From the NCBI GenBank assembly GCA_963714275.1, contig CAVQNT010000005.1, forward strand, positions 1-64,000: a DNA stretch of 64,000 bases, written 5' to 3'. Origin of the DNA: Candidatus Bathyarchaeota archaeon. Its GTDB lineage: Archaea; Thermoproteota; Bathyarchaeia; Bathyarchaeales; DTEX01. The notes under the pieces were generated by a model. The model made no database searches. It saw only the letters and a list, made by a program, of their open reading frames with translations, and had not been told where the DNA came from. This document shows positions 1 to 9,806 of this stretch, piece by piece (position 1 is the first letter of the stretch; each line of letters opens with the position of its first letter). Both the position numbers and the translations under genes were made by a program.

Positions 1-359
1 TACTATGAGATTTCCGTAGGCGTCAGGTAATCAACGTTGATGCCATATTGACGGAGTATGTCGTATGTCCAAGCATAGGCTACGTCAAGGTCTACATCTG
101 TTGATGGTCGCCTTATGATTACACCCTTAAAATCTTCTCTATTCGAAATTCAGGATTAAAGCGCATCGAAAAAGTCTTCACGTCGAAAGACTTTTTTTAA
201 CGAGTTGCGGTAAAGGTAATTGTGAAATGTAGATAAACCGCCTACAGCTCCAACCCCAGCCTCGTAGGAGTCAACTCTTAACCTGATTGTCATACAGATT
301 TCAACTCATTTCATAGCGATTCGTGAAAGAACATAAGACAACTAGTTATAAAATTAAAT

Positions 360-370
360 AATAACATATG
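360..370 (+). repeat. Candidate attL core AATAACATATG
   Basis: Identical 11-mer at 17526-17536, just upstream of the integrase; could be chance in AT-rich DNA. Confidence 0.35.
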
Positions 371-376
371 TGTGCC

Positions 377-685
377 AGCCACTTAGGATTATTTAACAAG
401 TAACATGTATGATAGGTTAGCAGAGATGTATGAAGGAGACATAATTAAGGAATATCACAAAGTCGCATTGGAGCGAACTTCATAACGAATCAAAAGGTTA
501 GTCAAGAGACCATGCAGGAACTGCAAGCCCAAGTCAAAGAGTCAACTACACAGGTTAGGGAATTAACAGGTAAAGTTGTCAAGAGAGAGAATATTATCGA
601 AATGTTGTTGCAGAATGGAAAAACCAAAGATAAGCAGATTGAAGCGTTAATGAAAAGCATCGAGAATTTAAGGGAGGCTTTATGA
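377..685 (+). pseudogene. Remnant of a tyrosine integrase C-terminus
   Basis: HLG/YLTSNMY (1-nt shift) resembles GHEGYLTEVY of the intact integrase. ORF 512-685 LLQNGKTKDKQIEAL resembles its LLENGDAKDRQITAL. Confidence 0.6.
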
Positions 686-778
686 CACATTGGAGAAGAA
701 GGTCAAGAGTTAATCTTTAGGGCGATATTGCTATTTGAACTTTCCACTTTAAAACCTCATACGCTAGGTTGAAAAGTG

Positions 779-1856
779 TTATTTATGCCACAATAAGTGA
801 ACTACTCTCAGCCTCTTTTGTGCTGGGCGGGTTGGATTGGAGTTTACTCCACAACTTATTTTCGTAACATTGTATTTGGTTATTGAAGTTTTCTTGTTGT
901 AATTGAAGTACTCTGGATTGTCGTTCTTAAGGTTATTGTATTCAGGGGGTTCGAGATGAATGTAATCGATTTCCTTGCCATTCCATTTCATTCGGTTTCG
1001 ATATATCTTGGCATTATCAGTACACGTTTTTGTGTCAAACGATTGAAAGTTGTTTAGACCTATCTTCTTAAGAACATCAACATCGCCTTCTCCAAGAATA
1101 TGTAACCAAGCCTTTTCTCTCTATTTTCTCTCTGATTTTTTCTACTATAGAAGGCTTTTTAACACTTTGATTACTGGAATCTTGACTTTCATCCTCATCA
1201 AAAGAAGTAGGAGCATATGCATAGAAATCAGGTTCGTCTTCATAGTCAAGACCATGTTCTTCTCGATACGAATTGAAAATGTCACGAATTCTTTCTGTAC
1301 AATCAAGAACGTTTTTTCTAGTATATCCTTTAATCACTCCTACAACATGAAAATCCCAATTATATGTGTCCTGAAAATACTCTTTCCATTTCATAGCGTA
1401 TGCAACGTTCTCTATATTCTCGTTGAAACGCTTTTCAAGGAGAGATTTGTCCGTTATTTTATCGACTAGTTGTCCTCCACAGTGAGCACAATAAGGATCA
1501 TACTTTGAATGAATGTCCACACATTGTTCACAATATTTCTTTCCTGGAATATGTCTATGTGGCTTATCTAACGTGAAAATTAAATCGGGGTCACACTTGA
1601 ATTGACTAATCATCGCTTCAGCTTGACTGTGTGGATGATCTGGATGAACTACGATTCCTCCGCTCTCTGCTACCACTATCGAATTTTCAATGTGGATAGT
1701 GTACCCTCAAAACCCGGCGGATCGGTCGGGGGGATTGAAAGGGCATAGTCAACAAAAATAGCGATCCAAATTTATGGCCAGTTAAATGACCGTAAGATAA
1801 TTGAGCCACCATAACTAATAATGGAAAAAAACTTTGACAAAATTTCTTTTATTCAT
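779..1856 (-). CDS. TGT/DpdA-fold transglycosylase-like protein with inserted double Zn-ribbon (frameshifted)
   Basis: Joined frames give VVAESGG, DLIFTLDKP, VVGVIKG, AWLHILG, FQSFDT in TGT motif order; CEQC..CAHC insert; candidate ATG at 1856. Confidence 0.7.
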
Positions 1857-1866
1857 GTTCCCGCAC

Positions 1867-2708
1867 TTAATTGCAATCATACTTGTCATCCAATATTTCT
1901 CCTTCTTCAATGTCGAATTCTTCATAAAGCGGATAAATGACTGGAAAACCGAAATCTTTACTATAAAATTCTGTGAATCCCGCTAGACAGTGAATGATAA
2001 AATCATCAAAGTTGAGTTCTATATCTCCTGTGTTAACTAGGTGTCGATATATTTTAACTAGATTGAGGAACAAGTTACCTCTTATTGTACGCGTTGGTTC
2101 GTTTAGGTTCTTTTTTGACTCCCATAACCATATGTTTTCATCTAAGTCTTCGGGATTTGGTTTAATCCGAGGTTTCAAGTATTTCTGAGTAAATAAGATT
2201 GCCTTGTACGCCTTTTCAACGAGTATCGGAGCTTCTTTTTCTTTTTTGCCCATACTTCAGCGAATGTTTTTTTCATGTCCTCAAGAACTTCAGGTTCAAG
2301 ATCAACGCCGTGCTTACTTTGCAAGTCAGAAATCAAATTTAAAAATTGCAACTTGTTGCAAATTTCGCTTTTTGTGCATATGTTGTTGATGATCCACTTC
2401 CATTTGACTTTGGGATTCTCAATCAATTCTCTTGTTGTTGGTTTACTGAGCTTGTCGGGTTCATAAAGTGCGAACTCGACACAATAACGTAAGGTTCTAT
2501 ACCCCCAATTAAACCCATGTTTCTTTCTTATGGCAGCCGACAATTGAGCATAGTAATCCTGTTTCTCACCATACTTAAGGTTCTTGAATTTCGGGTCACT
2601 GAGTATCTTTCTTCCCATGTCATAGTGCGCTTGCTTCACTACTCGTCTTGATTTAGCAATTAGGTCTGCACATTCATCCAGAAATTCATCATCCCATTCG
2701 AACTTCAA
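1867..2708 (-). CDS. DUF1016/YhcG N-terminal-like domain protein (frameshifted)
   Basis: HYDMGRKIL...KYG...LSAAIRKKHGFNWGYRTLRYCVEF resembles the YhcG N-domain; two overlapping ORFs join at an A-rich tract. Confidence 0.55.
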
Positions 2709-2967
2709 AAATATCCTCCTCGTGCCTATTCTTTGTCGCTAGTTATATATAATTAAACTATGGTTAATCCACTTGTTCAACTCACCATGAATTTTGATGA
2801 TAATGCTTTATGCTTAAACATCATGTTAACTGTAAATATTCTCAATTTATGAAAATCCATTTTGAGGCTATTTTTGAAATTGGGTTTTTCCAAAATAGTT
2901 AAATACCGCTTATTAGAAATAAATTATATAAAATAACTAAATTTTACATAAAACGGAGTTTGTCTTT

Positions 2968-3567
2968 TTGAGCAGTAAAATTGGTTCTTCAGTCCTACAA
3001 ATGCATGATTCGAGTAACATTCTAACCATGCCATATGTGAACGGAGAATCTTCCAGAGGAAAAGTGCTCAACCTTTTAAAGAAGCACAAAGGGGAGGAGC
3101 TGAACATATATAAAATCGCCAAAGAATCAGGATTGTCATGGGTTACAACAAAGACGGCACTGATTGAGTCTCTATCTGATAATATGGTTAGTTATCGGCG
3201 AGTACCCTTTAGAAATGCAATATTATTTAAGTTAATGGAGGTGGACGAAGATATGAATAAAATAGGTAAATCGATATTAAGAGAGAAACCTGCCCCGTCT
3301 GATTTCAGCTTGAGTGAAGCAAAGACAAAACAAGAAGAACAGAAGGCAGAGAAACCAAAAGAGATCAAAGACACCGAAAAGATCAAAGAAAAAATGCCTT
3401 CCGAAACACATCCTGAAGGACAACCAGAGCAAAGTTATCCAGTAGGCTTAGCTGTAAAAAGAGAAGGTAAGGTCGAAGAAAAGAAGGACATAGAACTTCC
3501 TGTGCCTGGGAGACGAAAACCCAAGGTAGCCGAACAGGACATACTCGAAGGCATCATTAAGAAATAA
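2968..3567 (+). CDS. Winged-HTH protein with charged C-terminal tail (possibly two genes)
   Basis: KVLNLLKKHKGEELNIYKIAKESGLSWVTTKTAL HTH pattern; likely start ATG 3028; internal GGAGG before ATG 3252. Confidence 0.6.
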   Translation: MSSKIGSSVLQMHDSSNILTMPYVNGESSRGKVLNLLKKHKGEELNIYKIAKESGLSWVTTKTALIESLSDNMVSYRRVPFRNAILFKLMEVDEDMNKIGKSILREKPAPSDFSLSEAKTKQEEQKAEKPKEIKDTEKIKEKMPSETHPEGQPEQSYPVGLAVKREGKVEEKKDIELPVPGRRKPKVAEQDILEGIIKK

Positions 3568-3750
3568 ACTATCTATCTGTCAAAGTTTTGGTTCCTTTGA
3601 TATAGATATGGAATGTCCCTGACTGTTCCATAAGGCGTGGAAGTTATCCCTCCTCTTCCACGCCATTAGGTTGTTGGTGTGAAAAGAAAGCATCAATGGT
3701 TGTTGTTATCATAGAAACAGCGATAACGCTGTAAATGGAGGAATGAGGAA

Positions 3751-3969
3751 ATGATGGACGTAAAAAGACAATATATAGGTTTTATCCTAGAAGGAAATAT
3801 TGACGATGTTGAGACTTTAAAAGAGTTTATTGAAAAACATACGTCACTTACTATCCGATACATCACTGCCAGTCGCTACTATTTGTTAATAAAACCATCA
3901 CGCATTGATCATACAAAACTTGAATCTCTGAGAGAAAAATTCAAAAACAAGAAGGGAGATGAACAATGA
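3751..3969 (+). CDS. Small hypothetical protein, coupled to the Rep-like gene
   Basis: GGAGG upstream; stop overlaps the next start (ATGA). Confidence 0.65.
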   Translation: MMDVKRQYIGFILEGNIDDVETLKEFIEKHTSLTIRYITASRYYLLIKPSRIDHTKLESLREKFKNKKGDEQ

Positions 3970-5577
3970 CGACACAGTTTGCTCCAAAATTACCTGCTGA
4001 TGTAGATACTAACAAGCTGCCTAAACTGATAAAAGAATTTGAAGACATAGACAATCTAAATAATAGTATTGATTATGTATTACCTGAGGCTCCAAGTGGT
4101 ATATATAATGCAGGTGGAGAAAAATATGAGTTTGTTTATTCTACTACACCATTCACTGAAGAGATACTAAACTGCAACCTTACACAAATAAAAGAATGGG
4201 CAAAAAAAGGAATTAATTTTACACATAGTATAGCGGGATATTTTGAAAAGGAATTTAAGATAGAAAAGGCGGTTGCATATAACCTTTCCTTATTGATTCC
4301 TGACATATATCGTAATCCATTGACTTCATTAGGAATAGAAGAAAATCCGCATTTAGGTCTTTATGTTTGGGGATTGCCAGGCGATTGTAGAGATACTATT
4401 GCAAAATGTTTAGAAAAGGAGTGGTTATACTCAGGAAGATTATCTATGTCAGGACTTGACTCAAGTGTTGGAATATACAAATGCCTGTCTGTTCTAAATA
4501 AGAACATCTTATTGTTAGGAACCGACATAGGAACTGCATCTAAGAATTTAGAAACATGGCAAAAAAAGAATCCAGTAATTATAACAAATTTTCTTTGGGA
4601 CGCGTATGATGTAAGGCATACAAAGAGTGAGGGAAGTGTTGAGTGTCGTAATGAAGGTGCTTCGGCGTTTTTAGGAGGAAATGTTCCTTTAGGAAAAGAA
4701 CCATTCAATGTGAGAGATATAAGTAGAATCATTCAAAGAGAAATTCCGCCATTGAAAGATAGGCGAGCAGAGTTATTGTATAGAGCTGTTTTAAGAGAGG
4801 TTAAACTAAGCACCCTGCAACATTCATTATGGATAAGTTATCATGTATTATGTGCATGTATAATGCAAGGAAGTCTAAATGTAGGCATATTTAAAGGTCG
4901 CAGAACATATGCAAACATTCCGCCTGATATCTATAAGAAAATGGGAGCATTCGTTCTTAAAAAATATCTTGGTAATGTATACGAGTTTTATGACGATGAT
5001 AAAATATTTTCGGAAAGAGAAAAGATACTCAAAATGCTAAAAGAACAAGAGGCAGTTGAGGATGTTAATGCGATTCTGCGAATCTTAACTATGGCAGAAA
5101 TGATCGTAATGGATAGTACTATTGATAATATGCTGAACCGTCCATATGAAGTCCAAGGCAATGACATTCTCGTTTATAGTGTTGAGGAAGATCTAAAAAC
5201 ATTGCAGGTTATAATGGATAATATCTTTTGGCAGAATAAAAGAGATGAATTGCAAGATGAAATGAAAGCACGTAAGGCAAGGGAAACACCGATCTATTTA
5301 GATCCTGTCAAACAATTCTATGAAATTCTTAAAGGAATGCCTGATGAATTATTTTCTCCCAAAGAGACTGTATGGCATGGCGTTAAAGAAAATAGTTGTT
5401 GATAAAGAACTGTTACCCAAAGAAGAGTTCTATGAAGTATATGGAAATAACGAAATGATGATGTCTAACATCAAACTTCGAGGTGCAATAGAGAAACTTG
5501 AAATTATGCATAACATAAAATCTGGAGGTAAGAATCCTGTAAAATACATGTACTCAGAAAAAGAGGGAGTATCATAA
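3966..5577 (+). CDS. Degenerate MCM-like AAA+ replication protein with probable C-terminal wHTH (frameshifted)
   Basis: GLYVWGLPGDCRDT (Walker-A-like), LLLGTD, FLGGN (sensor-1-like), DISRI (Arg-finger-like); followed directly by iterons. Confidence 0.5.
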
Positions 5578-5719
5578 GCATCATGAGCATCATATACAAG
5601 GAGGCACATATCATAAGCATCATAAGCATCATGAACAAAAGGGCAGAAAGGACAGCATTTGAATTTTCCTGCCCTAAAAATAAGTTTGTATATGACACTT
5701 ATGATGCTCATGATGACAC
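5571..5719. repeat. 9-bp iteron array (ATCATRAGC), putative replication origin
   Basis: Two direct triplets (5571-5594, 5610-5636), an inverted set (5691-5714), and a central AGGGCAG/CTGCCCT inverted repeat. Confidence 0.7.
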
Positions 5720-5945
5720 CTAGGAAGGGGTTGTGGAGATTTGATCAACATTGGAAATGTCAAGGTTTTTTGGGTTTATTGATCAACATAAACTTCATGC
5801 TTTTTCAATAATTAATAATGTATATACAGAGAATTTTGGTGATACTTATACCACGAAAAAAGCAGAAAGAAAGGTAACATCTGTTTTTTGGTTACTTAAG
5901 ATGCCTCAACAGAAGTAACGCAACGAGAGTTAATTCTGTCAATAT

Positions 5946-6752
5946 GTGAAAAAAAGATTGGAAGGTGAAACTATGAGTCCGACAATGGAGGAAGAAGCAG
6001 AGGAATTGGTAGGTCAAATCAAGGATTTGAGTGAAGATCAGATAAAGGCAATAGTGAAAGAGATTTCTCTGAATGCTGTTGCAGTCAAGATCATCAAGTT
6101 CTTGATAGTCAATGAGGAGGTCAGTTATGGGAAAGAAATCAGAAAGGCATTAGGATTACATGATATGTCTGTCTACCATTCTTTACATCGATTGGCAGAA
6201 GGTCAGGTAATTATAGTGATGCCACCCGCTGCTTGTGGACGTAAGAATGTAATGTTGAACAAAGAGTTCCCATATGGGAAGATCATAGAGAAGTATAACA
6301 GACACATTGCCAGAAAATACCTATGCAAAATTGTACCTTCTGATAGATTTGTTGACTTGGAAGAATTGGAAAAGGACAAGAGGTTCATTGCTGAGTGCAA
6401 CGCTTATGGATTATCACATCAAGAAGCTTATACCGCGTTGGTAGATGCTCGAGAAGATGTGATTGAAACCACACCATTGTATAATCCATTAAGTAACAAA
6501 CAGATTGGAGTAGCAATAAGGTACAGAGTCAAGGATCTGCTCGGTTGTAGATATTGTGGATCAACAAATCTAAAAATAACATCATCATGGAAAGTGCCTC
6601 GACCCACTGATCCTACCAAATACTTTGTAGCATGCATGTACAAATGTGTTGATTGCGGAAGATCATTCCGAGGATCACAAGAAGAGAAAAAGGCAAAGGA
6701 ACCAAAGGGAGAAACTGATGAGGAGATTATTAAGTCAATAATCAAGGAATGA
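5946..6752 (+). CDS. wHTH protein with C-terminal zinc ribbon
   Basis: EIRKALGLHDMSVYHSLHRL HTH; CRYC and CVDC pairs. Confidence 0.65.
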   Translation: MKKRLEGETMSPTMEEEAEELVGQIKDLSEDQIKAIVKEISLNAVAVKIIKFLIVNEEVSYGKEIRKALGLHDMSVYHSLHRLAEGQVIIVMPPAACGRKNVMLNKEFPYGKIIEKYNRHIARKYLCKIVPSDRFVDLEELEKDKRFIAECNAYGLSHQEAYTALVDAREDVIETTPLYNPLSNKQIGVAIRYRVKDLLGCRYCGSTNLKITSSWKVPRPTDPTKYFVACMYKCVDCGRSFRGSQEEKKAKEPKGETDEEIIKSIIKE

Positions 6753-6755
6753 ACA

Positions 6756-6986
6756 ATGATCCTCGTTTTTTGTAGATTCCGAAGAGAGAATGGATGCAGT
6801 CTAAAGAAGAATCTAAACGTTCAGAACTTACCATCATCTTGTCCTAATAACTCAAAATGTCCATTGTATAATCCAAGGAGAGTAAAGGTGAGGAGTGTGT
6901 TCAGAAAGGAGTCGTTTGGAGCGGAGATACTTACAATAGAAGATGCACGATTAAGCAGTATCCTGTATGAGCCTTTTAAATCTTGA
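6756..6986 (+). CDS. Small Cys-rich hypothetical protein
   Basis: ORF directly downstream of the previous gene, four Cys. Confidence 0.45.
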   Translation: MILVFCRFRRENGCSLKKNLNVQNLPSSCPNNSKCPLYNPRRVKVRSVFRKESFGAEILTIEDARLSSILYEPFKS

Positions 6987-7198
6987 GAATTCGCATCGTG
7001 AAAGACTCTTTCTATAAGAAATTTGATTTAATTCAAATATGGGTTTGGGTTGTGCATTCTACTATGGTGTCAGATGTGTGAGGGAGATGAAATGTCAGAA
7101 ACACGGTGCATATTTGGGTTTAAGGTAAAAATGACTTTTCACTAAATTGTACTTTCATGGTTGTGAAAACCTTGAGTTCAAACATACAAGAAGAAAAC

Positions 7199-7508
7199 AT
7201 GAAATTTTTATCAAAGACACTTTCTATCCTCTTTCCACGATCTGTTGAGAATAGGAAGATAGCTTTTAGAGATATTAATTGAGTATAGAAATCGGATGCA
7301 TACCGAAGCAAGATATGATGCAAGCGAGTGGAGACAGTTTGCCGAACGCTTAGAGATCAGCGAAAGCAAATTTCAAACTGTACAGAATACACTACGAGAT
7401 GCAGGTATGTTAGACAAGAAGGGTGGACATCACGAAGGAGCGTACACAATATCAACAAAGTGGTTAGATGAACTGATCAATGAATGGCATGAGTTTCTTA
7501 CTCAATAG
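7199..7508 (+). CDS. wHTH protein (frameshifted near 7270)
   Basis: FAERLEISESKFQTVQNTLRDAGMLDK wHTH pattern; upstream frame MKFLSKTLSILFPRS. Confidence 0.55.
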
Positions 7509-7548
7509 GTGGAGATGTATGGAAATCTTAGCAAAACATCTGTGGCAA

Positions 7549-7650
7549 CATGGATACAAGCAAACTCTTGAGACATTGATTAACGAAGAAGCTCTATTAT
7601 TCGCCAAGTTCTTAAGGTATAAACGAGAAACATGGATACGAGAATTATGG
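7549..7650 (+). pseudogene. Probable C-terminal remnant of an archaeal solo/MGE-type Cas1
   Basis: HGYKQTLETLINEEALLFAKFLRYKRETW matches my recollection of archaeal solo Cas1 C-termini; the rest of the gene is absent. Confidence 0.5.
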
Positions 7651-7669
7651 TTATGTGAAGATATGACAA

Positions 7670-8614
7670 ATGATTAACTCTAATGGAATTAAAAGCAAAA
7701 TTCACTTTAGAATTTTGAGCAAGAAAGTAACAATTAAAGAATGCAAATACATAAGAAGACTTTTTCTCGAATGCCTAAAGGAAAATCAAGACATAGCCGA
7801 CTTGCTGAATAAAAAATATAAAAATATTCAAGTCTGCTTCTATTACGAAGCAACAGACCTTAATATAGAGAACACTCTAAGAAGCATCTTGAACGATAAT
7901 ACTTATAGATACTCTACCAAGCCCAATCCTGCATTTACGGTAAGTAGAAAGAATATAGGTTGCATAGTTGTATTCATGAAACATCTTAAGGAATACACTC
8001 AAAAAAGAGATGATGTTAAAGACATAGAAAAGTATCAAAAAAATGGCATTTTTGAAGAACTATGCCATTTAGTAGAGCAAAAAGGCGATGGCAGTGTTAA
8101 TCCTAGCCATTATTGGGCGTTATGGAGATTATATGTCAAAAGGAATTTACTATTATATGGAAATGAAATAATTGCACAACTTGACACTGATAGAAATCAC
8201 TATGAAGTTTATTTAATGATGGTAAAGGATTCCCCCAATGATTGGATCGAACGATATTGGAAATATTTTCTAGAAACTTCAGATACTTATAAAAAAAGAT
8301 ATGAACAATGGAAATTCAACACTCCAATAAACATAGTATACGCTAGGCTGATTACGGACTTCTTGCGTGAAATAAATGTTCTATGTGTTGTGGATAAAGT
8401 ACCGAGAGAAAAACTGTCGGATGAAAACAAGGGTAAATTGGATATTTTGATAGAAAAGGGGAACCTTAATGTAGAAAAAAAGAAATCTCTAATAGAAAAA
8501 GACATGGGTAGTGGTGCATTGACACTCATTAATTCATTAGATGAGAGTATATTCAAGACATCCGAATCTTTCTTCGGAGCTGTTCTAGACTTGTGGATAT
8601 CTCTTGGTCTTTGA
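7670..8614 (+). CDS. Hypothetical protein with a zincin-like EELCH motif
   Basis: Intact 314-aa ORF containing IFEELCHLVE. Confidence 0.6.
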   Translation: MINSNGIKSKIHFRILSKKVTIKECKYIRRLFLECLKENQDIADLLNKKYKNIQVCFYYEATDLNIENTLRSILNDNTYRYSTKPNPAFTVSRKNIGCIVVFMKHLKEYTQKRDDVKDIEKYQKNGIFEELCHLVEQKGDGSVNPSHYWALWRLYVKRNLLLYGNEIIAQLDTDRNHYEVYLMMVKDSPNDWIERYWKYFLETSDTYKKRYEQWKFNTPINIVYARLITDFLREINVLCVVDKVPREKLSDENKGKLDILIEKGNLNVEKKKSLIEKDMGSGALTLINSLDESIFKTSESFFGAVLDLWISLGL

Positions 8615-8641
8615 ATTTTATGTGTGTTGAGAGAGAGTTAG

Positions 8642-9781
8642 TTAGAGAGAGGAAGATAGAGATAGACCTTCATAGATCATTCTTAGAGAGCCATCAGAAT
8701 TTAAGAAAAATTCTTCAGGAATACCTTTCTTGTCTATAATGAATCTCCCAACATTCTTGGCAAGCTTTGATAATAAATTTGTGTCTGATGGAAATAGATT
8801 TCTTAGGTTCTCTTGTTCCACAGTCATCTTTCTAAAAAGAAACTCGTTGCAGATAAAGTCAAGAAATCTCGGAACTTGAATTGAAACCATAGGTTTTGCC
8901 AGCAGGCGGTTAGTCAAGTCGATCAAAGACTGATGCATAATCTGGAGGAGGGATTCGAAGCTTATCATAGTCAATTTTTTCAATTTCACCGAATTTTTCC
9001 TTAGTCTTCGCAACAATTATACCATAAGTAGCATCAAGAACCTTCTTTGAGAAATCAGGTGAACCGATGCCAGTAGTTAATAAGTTCACGATATATTCAG
9101 ATCTTTCTAAATCTGTAAAAGAAAATATCTCTTGACAAAGATATACTAAACTCAAAGAAAGCAGAATGCTTGCTTCGTAGATCAACCATCTTGATGCTTC
9201 AGGTTTTGGGTTCTTTGCTAGCATCTCAAGGGCTGTAATTGTTTGTTTCATTCTTGTAGAATTGTCCGTAAACCAAAACCGGGATCGTAAAAACCAATAG
9301 ACTTTGGAAAGCTGCGGGTCATCTTTGATGCTCTGATAATATTTCTGAATTCTTGGCTCATAGAACTCATAATTACAGGACCCTAAAAAATTTGAGGGTA
9401 TTCCGATTTGCTTCTCGAGTTCTGTCAGTCTTGCATAATCTACAGGAAGAACATTCAATTCCTGAGCAAAGCGCTTTACCTTTGAAGGAATAGTCTTTCT
9501 CACAACAAACGAGTTTGATGCTTCAAGATATCTGGAAAGCCCTGACAACCAGAGAATCCTGTCAACAATTCCATTCGACTCACCGCTTTTGCATTCGCAA
9601 ATTGCGATTTCAGGATTGAAACTAGTCGAGAAGCGAATCCCTAAAACATCAATGTCAGTAACATCGACACTTTCAGGGTAGAAATATGACCGTAATGTTA
9701 GGTGGCTCCTCGAAAAAAAGCCTTGATAGAATAAAAGTTCCTAATACGGTATTCAAGTAATATACTCTCAGGAATATTCAC
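8642..9781 (-). CDS. PD-(D/E)xK restriction-endonuclease-like protein (frameshifted)
   Basis: In-frame upstream extension of ORF 8910-9548 reads VTDIDVLG...IAICECKSG; GTG start at 9781 with GAGGTGAGG RBS. Confidence 0.7.
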
Positions 9782-9806
9782 AATTCCTCACCTCTTAGTA
9801 TTTTAA

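Noticed and set aside
3-300. Minus-strand coding-like stretch (DFKGVIIRRPSTDVDLDVAYAW...) and a hairpin with T-run at 169-198
   Set aside because: No consistent start or recognisable family; function cannot be supported.
5571-5719. Repeats as a CRISPR array, and ORFs 5430-5711 and 5504-5698 as genes
   Set aside because: Units are 9 bp with no unique spacers; the ORFs are low-complexity readings of the repeats.
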